A stretch of 63,306 nt of DNA, filler included, from Octopus bimaculoides (GCF_001194135.2; 6 parts of 6 records of this genome joined end to end with filler, not necessarily neighbours in it), one strand, 5' to 3'. Numbered from the whole stretch's first letter, positions 22,741 to 37,759 are shown. Translations and numbers: made by a program. Notes: generated by a model from the letters alone, not told the origin.

Positions 22741-23448
22741 TTAATAACACCAACTCCTCGTAGAAATGCCAGAAATATTACCCCAAATTTTTCTTTTTTG
22801 TTTTGTTTTTCTGAAATTACATCATGCCAGCTTAAAACAAGATTATATCTAAGACTTCATTATGTAATGTAGCACTGATGGCTAACCAAGTAAGACGAGA
22901 TTGTCATGGCTAGATTGCTATTGATCATTTTTGCATGCTCAGTCAGTGGTTACCCTGTGGTTGAACAAAAAAAAAATCACATGTACAACAAGCAAAATCG
23001 ATAAAAAAAACAATAGTAACAGAATTTCATCATTGTCTTTTTTTCTTTTGTTTGTTTGTTTTTTTAGTTTCTTGTTTGTTTTTGTGCTCTTTTGTTTTTT
23101 TATTTTTGAAACATGATTTTTGAATTCAAACCTCGTTGACAAAGCATATCGACTCAACTGCTAATCAAAAGTTTTCCTTTTCTAGGTTCAGGAGACAGAA
23201 GAACATCGAACATTTGTTTTATATGACTAAATATTTCGTTTTTGCTTTTGGTTTGCAATATTCTCAACATCAACTCGCGTATTAAAACATCTCTCTTGGG
23301 TTTTTTTTTGTATCTCGGGAGAGTCATTAGTTTAATACTAAACACATGCATTGGTTCCATTTCACTTCCTTTATTTTCATTATTATTATTAGTCATTTAA
23401 TTAACATTTAACCAATTAACTAATCGATTGTCTTGATTACTCATTCAG

Positions 23449-23531
23449 TCAATCAAACAATCAGTTCCGCTCATCGAAGTCCTTTCGTTGCCATTCACGA
23501 CCTCTTCAAGGAGATGTACTCCCTGTTCCAG
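23449..23531 (+). CDS. Candidate internal coding exon of an unidentified gene (..NQTISSAHRSPFVAIHDLFKEMYSLFQ)
   Basis: CTAAT branch-like motif and pyrimidine-rich ...cattcAG acceptor; open frame; last 12 codons all end in C/G; CAG|GTCTGC donor. Confidence 0.35.
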
Positions 23532-23574
23532 GTCTGCTTCAGGTCTGTCTGTATGTCTCCCAGTTTAGAAGCAT

Positions 23575-23800
23575 GAAGGCGCGTGGCATAGAAGTTAGAT
23601 TATTCAACACCCGATCGTAAGGTCATGATTTCGATTTCCAGTGATGCATTGTGTCCTTGAGCAAAACACTTTATTTCACATTGCTCCAGTTCACTCAGCT
23701 GGTAAAAATGAGTTGTACCTGTATTCCAAAAGATCAGCCTTGTCACATTCTGTCACACTGAATCTACCAGACAACTATGTTAAGAATACATGTGTAAATT
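23575..23800 (+). mobile_element. tRNA-derived SINE family D with a conserved central GTGTCCTTGAGCAA.ACACTT-type domain
   Basis: ggcgcgtggcatagaag head, tttcgatttcc B-box remnant, gtgtccttgagcaaaacactttatttcacattgctcc. Confidence 0.7.
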
Positions 23801-23904
23801 AATTCCATGAGCAAATTAATTCCACGAGCAGACCGTGACGTTATTTGGATCAGCTGGAACGCTCGTCGTTGCAACCGATGGAGTGTCAAGTTTACATATT
23901 CTTT

Positions 23905-24005
23905 TCTACTCTAGGTGCAAGGCCCGAAATTTTTCGGGAGGCGAGCCAGTCGATTAGACCGACCTCAGTACACAACTGGTACTTAATTCTGCCAGCTCGC
24001 CGCTT
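23905..24005 (-). mobile_element. Internally deleted SINE family A
   Basis: caactggtacttaatt joined to ctgccagctcgccgc. Confidence 0.7.
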
Positions 24006-25394
24006 TGGCAGTTTATATCTTGTATCAATTCTTATATTGCATAAATTCAAAAACTTGCTTCCGTGACTACGTGGTTTCGGGTTCAGTCCTACTGAGTGTA
24101 ATCATAGCCTAGTTACTTTTGTTTTTGATTTTGACTTTAGCCTTGAATGAATTGCATTATTCTAAATGAATTTTCGATGGACGGATGCTGTTTCCATTCT
24201 TGCCCAATAGACACAATCTCTGGCTGAGTTTAATGTCACCACACAACACTTAGAAGCCGCTAGCGGTCTCCACGATATTACGGACCCAGTTTTGAGAATA
24301 ACTTCCTTTCTTCCATCTGTCCCATCGATCCCAGGAAATTAACGATTCTCTTGGTCCCTCCTCTTTTGAATAAGTCACAAAAATAACTGTATTTAATTTA
24401 GGGACAACGCCAGAAATTTTAGGGTTAAGGGATCAGTCGATACCACTAAATCTACCTACATTATCATTACTGCAACAACAATCAGTGATACAACCATAAG
24501 TAGCGCTGTTAGAGATCGATAACTACACCAATCGCAGATACCAATGCTACCACATTTCCAATCACGACCAACTCCAGTGCTATCACTACAGATCAACCAC
24601 AAACCCAATCAAAGCCTTTACCACTAAGTGTACCACAATAAAATCGATTATGGCCGCAACCACCACCACCGCCACTAACACCAACCACAGCCACTACCAC
24701 CTACACCAATCGGCCCAACAGCACCACCAACACTATCACTATCACCATTACAACCACCACCACCACCACCACCACCACCACCAATACCGCCACCACCNNN
24801 NNNNNNNNNNNNNNNNNNNNNNNNNNNNNNNNNNNNNNNNNNNNNNNNNNNNNNNNNNNNNNNNNNNNNNNNNNNNNNNNNNNNNNNNNNNNNNNNNNNN
24901 NNNNNNNNNNNNNNNNNNNNNNNNNNNNNNNNNNNNNNNNNNNNNNNNNNNNNNNNNNNNNNNNNNNNNNNNNNNNNNNNNNNNNNNNNNNNNNNNNNNN
25001 NNNNNNNNNNNNNNNNNNNNNNNNNNNNNNNNNNNNNNNNNNNNNNNNNNNNNNNNNNNNNNNNNNNNNNNNNNNNNNNNNNNNNNNNNNNNNNNNNNNN
25101 NNNNNNNNNNNNNNNNNNNNNNNNNNNNNNNNNNNNNNNNNNNNNNNNNNNNNNNNNNNNNNNNNNNNNNNNNNNNNNNNNNNNNNNNNNNNNNNNNNNN
25201 NNNNNNNNNNNNNNNNNNNNNNNNNNNNNNNNNNTTGTCACTTCCAACGACACCTCTATAACACCGTCCGCATAGAACAAACCGTTTGATCATAGGGGCT
25301 TGATCAATCAAGGCTGACCCGGGGCTAAACAGGAACAACAACAACAGCAAACAAACAATGCTAATAGAAAAGAGCAACAATAAGAGAGAAGCAC

Positions 25395-26000
25395 AAGAAG
25401 AAGAAGAAGAAGAAGAAGAAGAAGAAGAAGAAGAAGAAGAAGAAGAAGAAGAAGAAGAAAAAGAAGAAGAAGAAGAAGGAGGAGGAGGAGAGTCGAAGCA
25501 GGGCAGCGTTACTAATAGGAGTAGAAGTGAAGTGGATGAAATAAAGGATGTCCTATCGCACGAGGGCTAATTAGTAATAATGTTGGCAATTCTTTCTCTC
25601 TTAGCATTGATGTACAATGCATTACACTAACTGCCGCCTACAGGCTGATCATTATTGCAATCAGCATCATCACCAGCATCATCTTCATCTTCATCTTCAT
25701 CATCACTATCGTCGGCGTCGTCGTCGTCGTCGTCGTCATTATCGTCATCGTCGTCATCGTATTCATCATCATCATTGTTTTCGTGGCCATCATGATAATC
25801 ATGATAATTATCAACTTCATCATCATCATCATCATCATTATCATCATCATCGCTGTCGTCATCATGATCGTCATCCCGATCCTTTTTCTCCCCTCTTTCT
25901 CCTCCTCCTCCTCCTCCTCCTCCTCCTCCTTCTCATCATCATCATCATCATCATTATCACTACCACCGCCATCATTATTACCACTGCCCTCACTATCTTA
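25395..26000. repeat. (GAA)n tract and (CAT)n/(CCT)n tracts
   Basis: Direct reading. Confidence 0.9.
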
Positions 26001-26215
26001 ATCCTAACACTAACCTCGTAGAAAATTTCAGCATCACCGTCAAAATTAATGATGATTATGATGAGAAGCGGGAGGGGAGGGTAGTAATGGTGGTGGTAGT
26101 GGTGGTGGTGGTGGTNNNNNNNNNNNNNNNNNNNNNNNNNNNNNNNNNNNNNNNNNNNNTTAATTAATTAANNNNNNNNNNNNNNNNNNNNNNNNNNNNN
26201 NNNNNNNNNNNNNNN

Positions 26216-26266
<51 letters not shown>

Positions 26267-26281
26267 GTATATATATGTATG

Positions 26282-26312
<31 letters not shown>

Positions 26313-28843
26313 GTATATATATATGTATGTGTATATGTATATATATATATATAAATAAATATCTGTATATATATGTATGTGTGTACATATGTGTATGTGT
26401 GTACATATGTGTATGTGTGTACATATGTGTATGTGTGTACGTATATATATGTGTATATGTATATATATATGTATGTGTATATATATATATGTATGTGTAT
26501 ATGTATGTATGTATATATACATGTGTGTGTCTGTGTATGTATATATATATATAGTGTGGCATTATTCTCTTGGTAAATGTTTATAGTAAATGGTAATTAA
26601 ATAATCTGTTTTCCGCTAGTGTGAAAACACCAAATTCTTAAGTTCTATTGTATTTATTTACATTTTCCTTCTCCTTCTTTTCCCCACTTACTTCCACTTC
26701 TTTCTTTCTTTCTTATTTTTTGAAATTTTTTTTTTCTCTCTCTAATCAGGAATTCTATTTTTTGTTGTGTGTGTGTGTGAGTGTTATTTTCATTTTGTAC
26801 ATGTTTTGTTTGTTTGTGTTCTCTTCTTCAAATTGTTCATGTAAACTACAAAAATTATTATTCAACTTAGCAAACAATGTTTCTTGTCTTTATACAGATT
26901 ATTGACCAAAAATCAAGCTTTTCAATAATAATAATAACAACGACAGATTTAATGCAAAATATTCAAACACAAAGTAAAATAAAATGAAATAAAAATGACT
27001 AGCGCAAATTATAGTTGATCATATATAGAATATTAAGTAAAATCAATGAATTTTAAAAAAGAAATATAAAAACAAAACAAATAAATGAACTTTCATGTAT
27101 TATTTTTTTCCATTATATTTATATATTCATTTTTATCTTTTTTTTTTATAATTTCATTTTTTTCTTTTATATTTCAAACCATTTATTATCATTATTTCAC
27201 CAATTTAAAAATAAAAAGAAATCTTTATAAAATAAAATAAAAAATTAATTTAAAAAAAAAGAAATATATATATGAGCGGTGGTGATTGTGATGATGGTTT
27301 GGGAGGGTAATAAGCAAAACAAGTAGAAAAAGAAATCAAGGAAAAAAAATACATAGAAAGAGATCAACGTGAAACCAAATTGTCTTCCCCCTGATTAAAG
27401 AACTATCTTTATCTTGTAACTATCAAAAGGAATCAATTTTCTATTAAGGCTTCTTGTTACTCTTCTCCGCAGACAGAAACATTAANNNNNNNNNNNNNNN
27501 NNNNNNNNNNNNNNNNNNNNNNNNNNNNNNNNNNNNNNNNNNNNNNNNNNNNNNNNNNNNNNNNNNNNNNNNNNNNNNNNNNNNNNNNNNNNNNNNNNNN
27601 NNNNNNNNNNNNNNNNNNNNNNNNNNNNNNNNNNNNNNNNNNNNNNNNNNNNNNNNNNNNNNNNNNNNNNNNNNNNNNNNNNNNNNNNNNNNNNNNNNNN
27701 NNNNNNNNNNNNNNNNNNNNNNNNNNNNNNNNNNNNNNNNNNNNNNNNNNNNNNNNNNNNNNNNNNNNNNNNNNNNNNNNNNNNNNNNNNNNNNNNNNNN
27801 NTATATATATATATATACATATATATGTGTGTGTGTGTGTGTTACATATATACATATACACACATGTGTGTATTGTGTATGTATATGCATGCACATCCAC
27901 CAATATTTATTTTATGATTCAGCAACAACAACAAAGTACATTATTTGACAGCAAATATATAAAATTGATCTTGTATATAGCACTGAACTGCTATCTTCAA
28001 CAGCAAATCTCTTCAAATAGTGACTTTGTAATGTTAGTTTAATACACTGAATGACTTCTTTATTGTGACTACCTAACATATATAACAAATAAAACAACAG
28101 TTATAGAGCCAAATTAAGAGAGTTTATAAATCAAACATTCACTGGAGCATTGGACGATGTACCTTTTTGTTTTTCTTTATTCAACCAGTTAGTCATTCTT
28201 TTGTTATAGGAGAATTCTTGAAGAGTTTGGCAAGTACCATCGCTGTAAGTGTGGTGAAGACAGAAAGTGGCTTAACATTCTGGTTTATCTCATGATATGT
28301 GAACTTGCTTTGAGACTCATCTATACACTTATTGTTGCCAATACAGGCCATCGCCATTTCTGTTTTTGTTGTAGAGTCTTCTATGGTTACTATTGACCAT
28401 GCCATCTGTACATATATGTGCAGGCCTTGGCAAGAGTTCTTTTTTTTTTAAGATTAGCAGTTGGTCATGTATACAAGTCTCACCTTTCTATACCATTGCC
28501 ATTCACACAAGGGAAAGGTTGCTCACCTGTGCGCATACAGCTTGGAATCAGAATCACTACACATGTTACTGTCAGAACACAAGGACCCAAAACGGATGAC
28601 ATTAGTTATCTCATCTGGTCCCTAACAGTTCTATCAGTCCACTGCTCTGGATTGGTCTTTTCTTTTACTGACCATAAAAGGGCAAAAGTCAAAGTTGACC
28701 ATAGTGGCATTTGAACTCAATGTGTCGTCAGAAGAAACACTGAGAAGTAATTTATCCAACGCTCAGGTGTCTCTACCAGTTCCCATTTCTAATATAGCCC
28801 AACCCAAATGGTAAATCCCTCACTTCTAACTCAGGTTCTGGGA

Positions 28844-28927
28844 CAGTTTATGGTGCTGTTTCTTTATCAAGGGGCCTTGTTGCAGTTTATGGTGCTGTTT
28901 CCTTATCAAGGGGCCTTGTTGCAGTTT
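28844..28927. repeat. 39-bp tandem duplication (2.1 copies)
   Basis: cagtttatggtgctgtttc(t/c)ttatcaaggggccttgttg at 28844 and 28883. Confidence 0.9.
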
Positions 28928-29826
28928 GTGTGTTTCAGCTGTTGACAACAAAATATTTTGTATGCTTAACATTTGACGATAGCTCTTAAAAGTCTGATGC
29001 TCTACCGACTCAGCAACAGTGTCAGGCTATCATCTCTTGACATTGAGCCAACCAGATAAAACTCCCTTATATCATACCTTACCACATGCAACCACTGAAA
29101 TATAAGAATACTACATTGACATCTGATCATAGATTCTTGTTTAATCCGGACTGACCAGTTGTTCAACTCCAATGATAATGGATTAAGCTTATTATCTAGT
29201 ACCCTAATTACCCATAGATCTTATCCCAGTCAATGATACATAGTGTATGCTGTAAAAATATATGTTTACAATTCTATCTCTCCTCCAAATCCTCTACATT
29301 CTATTAGCAACATTTTTATGCATTTACATTGTAAAAGTTTGCTTACTTGCTTTTGTTGTTATTGTTTAGTATTGTATGACCCCCGCCCCTTACTAAGTCA
29401 GCCTTCATCCAGGAGACCTATGAGCAAAAGGCATTCCAGCCATGACAACCCTGCCTTCAGATATAATGCATTGGGGATTACATTATTTTGTTTGTCCCAT
29501 ATTTTTAAAGACTTTCTTCTTCAGGCACATAGACATATACGAGTAGGAATAGCAGATCTAGTGTGGCATTGGACAAAATTCCTCGTAGTATTTGGTTAGA
29601 TCTCATTACATTCTTTGTCCTAATTACTCCCAAATTTCCTTTGCCTCTTAACATTCCAGGGTCAGTAAAGTACGTACTAGTTGAGTAATGGAATCAATTA
29701 AGTTAGTTGTACCCTTCAAGCTAGTGTCCCTACATAGCTACAGTCAGAAAAGGATCAGAATAATACATACATACACTTATATGTCTATCTGTGTGTATAT
29801 ATATATATATATATATGTTTGTCTAC

Positions 29827-29907
<81 letters not shown>

Positions 29908-30875
29908 TACACACACATGCACACACACATATATACATATACACACATAATGCATGTACATACACATATATATGCTCTTACGCATATCTCCATGGAATGC
30001 AGAAAATGATGATGATGATGACAGTGTGTGTGCATGCGTGTGTCCATGCATGTGTCCAGCAGGTCAGTTGGTCGGGATAGTATAATCCTTGGGAAGCACT
30101 TCCATAAACAATATATGAATTTACCAGAGAATAATGGGTAGGTCACTTTTGGAGTGTTACAAAAATCCATTTTTATGTAAGGGATTAGAGGCTTTGCAAT
30201 GCATGTGTATACGTATATATGCCTAATACACACACACACATTATTACTTTAGTAATTAATAGCAAGCTATGAAACAAATCAACATCTAAGTTTCTCTAAG
30301 TATGATTTACATCTCTTATTTTGTTCTACTTGGGCAAAAAGACACTTCCCTAGTCAGACTGGTAGCATTTTCTTATTATTTAACTTCTTTATTTTTACAT
30401 CTCATTCATATCCATTATTTGGCTGTGTGTTATTTCATCGCTACAAAACACTTTGCTAAGAAATATAAAACGGAAGCTATGCGTAAAATTGTGATTAAAA
30501 GGGCATTATAGGGAAAAACAAGATATATTAACGCAGGGAGAAAAAAAAATATACGATGGTTGTGTGGGAAATTAAGGAAATATTAAGTGTCGGGAAGACT
30601 TAATATATCTTCTTTCCTTTTTCTGTTTTCTTATAAAGATCTCTTATTTTGACAGTAGTAGCATCTTAGAGCTTCTCTGAAAAATATATTGTTTCAATGC
30701 ATATGTGATTTTCTGTGTGGAACTGGCTGTGTGTGTGTGTGTGTGTTGGTGAGTGCGTGTATTATACATATTCTCACATACATACTTCCGAAAAGGTATA
30801 ATATGCATATATATATATTATATGCTATCACACAAATATAATGGATATACAAATGCATACATTCATACATACATT

Positions 30876-30921
<46 letters not shown>

Positions 30922-32881
30922 ATATATATACACACACACACACACTTACACATAGTTGCACATGTATAATATATATACATATATATTGATGCAATCCATT
31001 TATAATGCAATCATTGGAATCCATAAAATGTCATCACAGAAAAACCAGGGTCACACTAAATCAGGGTTCAAGAAAATCCGGAAAGGTCACACAAAAAAAA
31101 AAAAGGGGGGGTTTCTGGTGACTCATCCGGTTATATCCAAATTTGTCTTAAGAGAGGGCTGCAGTTATAAAGAACCTACACTCTGTGTGTGTATTTGTGT
31201 GTGTGTGTCTGTGTTTATATGTGTGTGCATGTGTATATATACATACATACACATGCACATTATGTATGCAAATTCCTAATAAGCTATATGTGTAGCTTGC
31301 AGAGCTGTGCATGTATGTCTAAATATTTTTATAGATGCAGACACAGATAACTGTGTGTGTGTGTGCATGCACATGCACATGCAGCCAATGTGCATCGGTA
31401 TATTAGAATTGTGTATTTGCAATGCGATTGACTGGCAGCCAGAGTTAATCAACAACTATGGCACTCTACTAGCAAGAAGAAGACCAAATTAGATTTTCTT
31501 ATAACTAGGTGTCCCCTCTCTACAATAATACAGGTTGCAGCTTGGCTACTAATTCAATTTGACTTCTTGGGACTGAGGTAGCAGTTACAGGTGCTGACAC
31601 TATTTAATCTCACACACACACACGCACGCACACACGCACACACAAACGCACACGCTCATACAGAGATATATACACATTTATCTCTGTATTCATGTATTGA
31701 TACACATGCTTATTATGTATAAATATATGTGTGTGTGTATGCATACTTGTGTATATGTGTGTGTATATATATATATATATATTTATATTCTTAATATCAT
31801 GTGTTCCAGTTCAGTGACTGTGGGCATGCTAAAGCACTGCCCTTTGCTTCAGCACTGACATCTTAATATGTATATATATATATTATATACACACACATTT
31901 TTTTAATAAATAATCAGCAAAATTTAAAGTGACACAAGGGCCAAAAGTTTCGTGCCGTTGATAACTGCCAACACACAAAACTCTCAGCCCTTGAATCACC
32001 CTGTAAGTCCTGCCGATTATTGATTAAAAAACAAAAAACAAAACACATCTATATAATCATGGTCACTTTTCCATGCTTGCATGGATTATATGGAACTTTT
32101 TGAGGCAATGTTTTATGGCCAGTTGCCCTAGCCGTTCACTAATCCTTCTTAATCACCTCTTACAGCAGACTAGAGTACGGTGCACCTAGTCTAAAAACTG
32201 GAATGCACAAATTTTGGATAAATATATTTATGTACAGACTTGCATGAAAGTCATCTATCTTTAAACAAATTCATTCTTAAATTCTACCCTAGTTATGGAC
32301 ACACGGTGTATGTGTGCGTGTTTGTGTCATTCGTATAACATGCATATGCATAGCTATACTGAGAAGCAAGTGCAATTTCCAGCCTGTGCGTGCACTGTTC
32401 ATGCAAGTATGTGCTAACTACGAATTGAAATTCATACCTTAAGTTTCACACATCACACCTCATGAATGCTTTACTGTAATCTGCAGCAAGTATTCTGTGT
32501 GTGTGTGTGTGATGCACATGAGATTCAAAACATATAAGAAACGCATATTTTGATAAGCATTCTCGTGTGTAAGTTTGGTGCATACACATTCATATACACT
32601 TAAATATGACTCTGTGTGTGTTTGTCTGTGTAAGGCACACACATAACTAGGCTAATTTGTTGGTGCGTTTATGAAGTAACTTTCATTGATTTTGTGTGTG
32701 TGTGTGTGTGTGTGTTGTTTGATCTGTATGTATGCGTGTGCTTGTGTAGATTTAGGCATACACCTATATGTTTCCATTTCTTTTACTACACAGTTATGTA
32801 CACACATATTTTTGTATGAATCTATTTACCTATCTATATACATGGATGTATATGTGTTGGTGTGTGTGTATATTTATACAT

Positions 32882-32958
<77 letters not shown>

Positions 32959-33451
32959 ATATGTATGTATATACATATACACACATTTGAATATATATTA
33001 CACATATACATCTGAGAGTTTACAGATATGAATGCGTACACCCCCCCCACACACACACACATACGCATCTCTATATATAATTAGATAAGCTTTTGAGGTA
33101 GTTACTTTTGTTATAATTGATTCTATTCTGATGAAGAACTGAAGAGCAAAGAGTGGGAAACTAGAGGCAAGGAAAAGACGTGTAACATTCTTCATCTCTA
33201 TGGCAACAGCATAGAGTAAGGCTTGCTACCGTTTCCCTTGCTGCCACTGCCACCACCAATACCAGCGCTAGCATCATCATCATCATCGTTATCATCACCG
33301 CCTCTTCTCCTGCTACCACCACTACCACCACCGTCATCAATACCAATACCACTGCTACTGCAACCACTACTATCTTTGACAGTTGGCATGCATGTATGCA
33401 TGTAGCAGGCAACAACGCCTGACTCATTGTCGCTTTGCCACTCTTTCTCTC

Positions 33452-33456
<5 letters not shown>

Positions 33457-33535
<79 letters not shown>
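33457..33535. repeat. (CT)n microsatellite
   Basis: Direct reading. Confidence 0.95.
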
Positions 33536-33537
<2 letters not shown>

Positions 33538-36500
33538 ATACTTTTCATTCATAACACGTCTTACTTTCTAGCATGCATTCTCTACTGAGCATTTTCCTTT
33601 GTGCAAACTGTCTCATGTGCACGCGCGCTCACACACACACACACACACAGTATATGCACACACTGACATGCATGTTTCTAACATACAAATATGAGATTCT
33701 ACATACAGACACACAATTCTCATACAACACCAACAATCATGCTAACCAATACCTCTCCTTGCCCCCCCCCCACATGCACACATCATACACTTACATAGAT
33801 GTCTGCAAATGAATGTCTTTTCAGCTTTCTATCCATCCATCCATCCATCTACCTATCTATCTGTCTATCTATATTTCAGTTCTGCTACAGCCGACCACCT
33901 CCACCTTTCATTTCAAATGAGACATACCAACACTCACTCCCTCCCTCCCTCTTTCTCACTCTTCTAAACTATGGCAGACAACTCAACCATTTTTCCTTGG
34001 TTAGTCTGACATCCTTTGCCATTCCAACCTTATCTCACACACAATCCAATCTTTCCAAACACACACACACACAATCACATAATCATACACACACAAACAC
34101 ACACACATACACCTCAAGACTTGTATGTCATCATCCTTGTTAGGTTACAGCTTCTTTTCTATATCTATCATTCTTTCTTTCTCTAATAGTCTGTCTCTAG
34201 TTTTCTTATTTGCATGCACTGACCCCTACTATATGCATTTATCCCCAGCCTACTTCTTCTGTCTCTTCTATTTCTAAACCTTTAATCCAGCCCTCCCACA
34301 ACATTCTCTGATTCTGTCTTTCATAGAGATATTTGTTTACTTGAAGATTGACACATCATTTAATGTCCTCTTCATATTCAATCATTGTGTGTGTGTGTGT
34401 GTGTGTGTTGGATGTATATTTAGGAGATTTTATTTATATAAAACTGAGGCTTAACACCATCACAACTCTGAAGTTTCCTGTTACAACATGAAACTCAGAG
34501 TAGTGACTGTGACGTCTTTATTTCTCATAAATGGATACCCACCTCTACATTCACAGATAAATAGATACACTGGTAGATACAGATACATAGATAGATCGAT
34601 AAATAGATAGATCGATAGATAGATAGATAGATAGATAGACAGACAGGTAGGCAGACAGATAAATAGATAATATATATTGGGGGAAAAAAAACTTCTATTT
34701 TGAAGGAATGCCTAGAGAAAAACTTTATAGATGTTATTGCTTGAAGAATTTTATCAACATTATTGCCAGGAATGTGGTGCATATGAAAGCAAAAACCTTC
34801 ATTTTCATTGACACAATACAGCACATGATAATAAAGATTTTAAAATCTATGCGAGAAGCTGCAAATTTTTGGCAATGTTAATAAAAATCAACTCCAAGTA
34901 TTTGACCAGGAATTATGTTTTTTTTGCTTCAAAAGAATATAAGCAATGACAGACTCGATTGGATTCAAAGTCAGAATGTAAAGCACCACAAGTAAATCTA
35001 GCAATGCATTTTGTCCAACATTCTGTAGATTTTGAAAGTTGTCACCCTGTGACTCAATAATGATGATGATAATTTTTTACATTGGGACATAGCCCTATAT
35101 ATTTCTTGGAGAAGGGAATAAAATGATAATTTTTTGACCTTTGCAGATGAAAAATATTTCAGCATTTACTTTTACATTATGTTTCAAATAATTTGATCTT
35201 CGATTGTCGAGAGATATCATATTTCTTGTTTTTTTTGGGGGGGTTTTTGTTTTTCCACCCACCCATCCCCACAGATCCCCAATTCCCTGCACTATTCACT
35301 GTGTTTAGTTATTTCTTCCTAGAATATCCTCATTCTGGAATTTCCTCCATGCAGGTGGTCTTTTCTGTTGGTTTTCACATACAGAATTTCAAGAGGAACT
35401 TTAATAGAATGAATCTCACCAGTCTAGGAGATCTTTGCTCCTTCGTCTGGACCAGCAAGCTCACCCCCCACCCCCATACCAAAACTCTTGGTGTGTACAT
35501 AGTAACTACCACAATTGTCATAGTGTGTTCTTATATCTGCATGTGTACATAATGGTAAACTGGATTTAACAAGGAAATCATCATTACTAGAGTAATTTTT
35601 AACTTGAACAAGATCACAAATTTCTAGGGAACAGTTACAGCTGAATGAATTGACTCCAGTATATACCAAATATATATTCTTAAAATGCGTGCACACACAC
35701 ACACATCTAAGGGTTTGAACAAGAGAAAAAAACTCTACAAGAGAGAGATGTTTGATTCATGCTCTCCACATATTTACTTTATTTTGTGCCTCAAATTTCC
35801 AGTTTTGACTCAGAGAGGAATATTACAAGCCCTCAAATATGTTAAAAGTAGCAACCAATTCTGCTTCAAGTCATTCCTCACCATGTTAAATATAGAGATA
35901 AAACACTGGATAGTGTAGTCCCTTGTATACTAAAAGCTAGGTGAGTAAACATTTGGAACATCTTCATCCATAGCTCTGCTCTCTCTCGTGACTGACTAAG
36001 ATCCATAAACAACGATAATCCTGAAGTAAATAACTTCAGCCAGGTGGACTTAACTCTCCAAACACCGTCTTTGTTCCTGACCCAATGACCTATAAAATGG
36101 TTATGATAGGAGCAATGGGCAAATACAAAATCTGGAAATCCACACACAATTGAAATGGAATTATCAGACACCAGCCTGGCTATAGTAGCGGCAACAGCAA
36201 GCAGGGGAAAAAAATTGCCATGGAATGGTACAGAATTGCATTAAAAAATTTGGCAGTATTAATTTTATTTCTTTTGTAAGTTCAAATTCTGTTACAATCT
36301 GCCTTGTTTTTCACTATTTTGTGGTTGGTAAAATAAGTAGCAGCTATTTAATACAACTGTTGATTCTGTTGTTTTATATTCCTTCCTTCCAAGTACCAGT
36401 AATACACTGTAACTGTTGTCTATACTCCTTCACTTGTATTAGTAACCTACTACAAAAGTAGTATGATGATGAGGAAGAGGACAACAACAACGACAACATT

Positions 36501-36549
36501 GTCAACACCATGACTGTTTCAGGAATTATTGTTATGATTGATGATTTAT

Positions 36550-37475
36550 AGAATTGGCAGAGCAACAGACAAAATAGCTTGTGGAGTATATCAACAGCCC
36601 TTTTTATCTTTTGAGTTCAATTCCCACCAAGGTAAACTTTAGCATTCAGTCTTCCAAAGCTGAAACAATTAAGTACCTAATCAGGTCAATAAAATATTGG
36701 GGCCTATAAAACAATGTACCATTCAAGTACTACTTTTTCCAAACCCTCAATATGTGACCCTGTGCTTAAATTGGAATTTAATATTATTATTATTATTTTC
36801 AATGTGTTTGATTGGTTAGAATTATTAGAACATTAAAAAAATGTCCTGCCGTATTCCTCTTAGCTTGCCAGGGTCAACTTTACCCTTCATTCCTTTAGGG
36901 TTGATAAAATTAAGTACCAGTCAAATACTGAAGATGATGTTGACTAACCCTATCCTAAAAAATTGCTGGCCTTGTGCCAAAATTTGAAACCATATTATTA
37001 TTAAATTCTGCTAAAGTCAACTTTACCTTTCATCTTTTCAGATGAAGTAATACCAGTCGAATACTGGGGCTTGATGTAATTGACTTACTCCCTCTCCCCC
37101 AAAACTGCTAGCCTCGTGCCAAAATTTTAAACCATTATTCATTATTAGCACACTGGATGAAATTCTTAGCAGTATTTCACCCATCGCTACATTCCGAGTT
37201 CAAATTCCACCGAGGTTGACTTTGCCTTTCAACCATTCGAGGTCAATAAATTAAGTACTGGTGAAACTCTGGGGTCGATATAATCAACTAGTCCCCTCCC
37301 TGCAAATTTCAGGCCTTGTGCCTTTAGTAGAAAGGATCATTATTATATGTTCCGAGTTCAAATTCTGCCAAGGTCGACTTTGCCTTTCGTCCTTTCAGGG
37401 TCAACAAATTAAGTACCAGTGAAACACTGAGGTCCCCTCCTCCAAAATTGTTGACCCTTGCGGCAAAATTTGAGA

Positions 37476-37525
<50 letters not shown>

Positions 37526-37690
37526 GATGGGGATGGTTATCATCACCATCATCTAATGATAAAGCTGTAGATGTGTGAAGTGGTAAAGTGGCAGACTTAA
37601 CAATGCCTTTCAGTATTTGGTTATCTCATGATGCTCTTAGTTCAAATCCTGCTGAGGTTGAAGTTTGCCTTTCATTGTTCCAGGATCACT
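36550..37690 (+). mobile_element. Head-to-tail cluster of about six CpG-decayed SINE family A copies separated by (ATT)n tails
   Basis: Repeated gt(c/t)(g/a)actttgcc..., ttaagtac, gccttgtgc and ccattatt motifs in the same orientation. Confidence 0.85.
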
Positions 37691-37759
37691 CATATATTTT
37701 TTCATCCATTTGTCCATGATAGCATGGGTTCGATGAATATGTTATTGCAACACTGTTTC

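Noticed and set aside
22238-22763. Poly-His/Ile/Met ORFs (also 25.6-26.0 kb and 53.0-53.5 kb)
   Set aside because: Translations of (CAT)n trinucleotide tracts on both strands
23154-23396. 80-aa minus-strand ORF
   Set aside because: No splice or homology support; partly low complexity
28193-28405. 70-aa minus-strand ORF MAWSIVTIEDS...
   Set aside because: No recognisable motif, no pyrimidine tract at the possible acceptor, no codon bias
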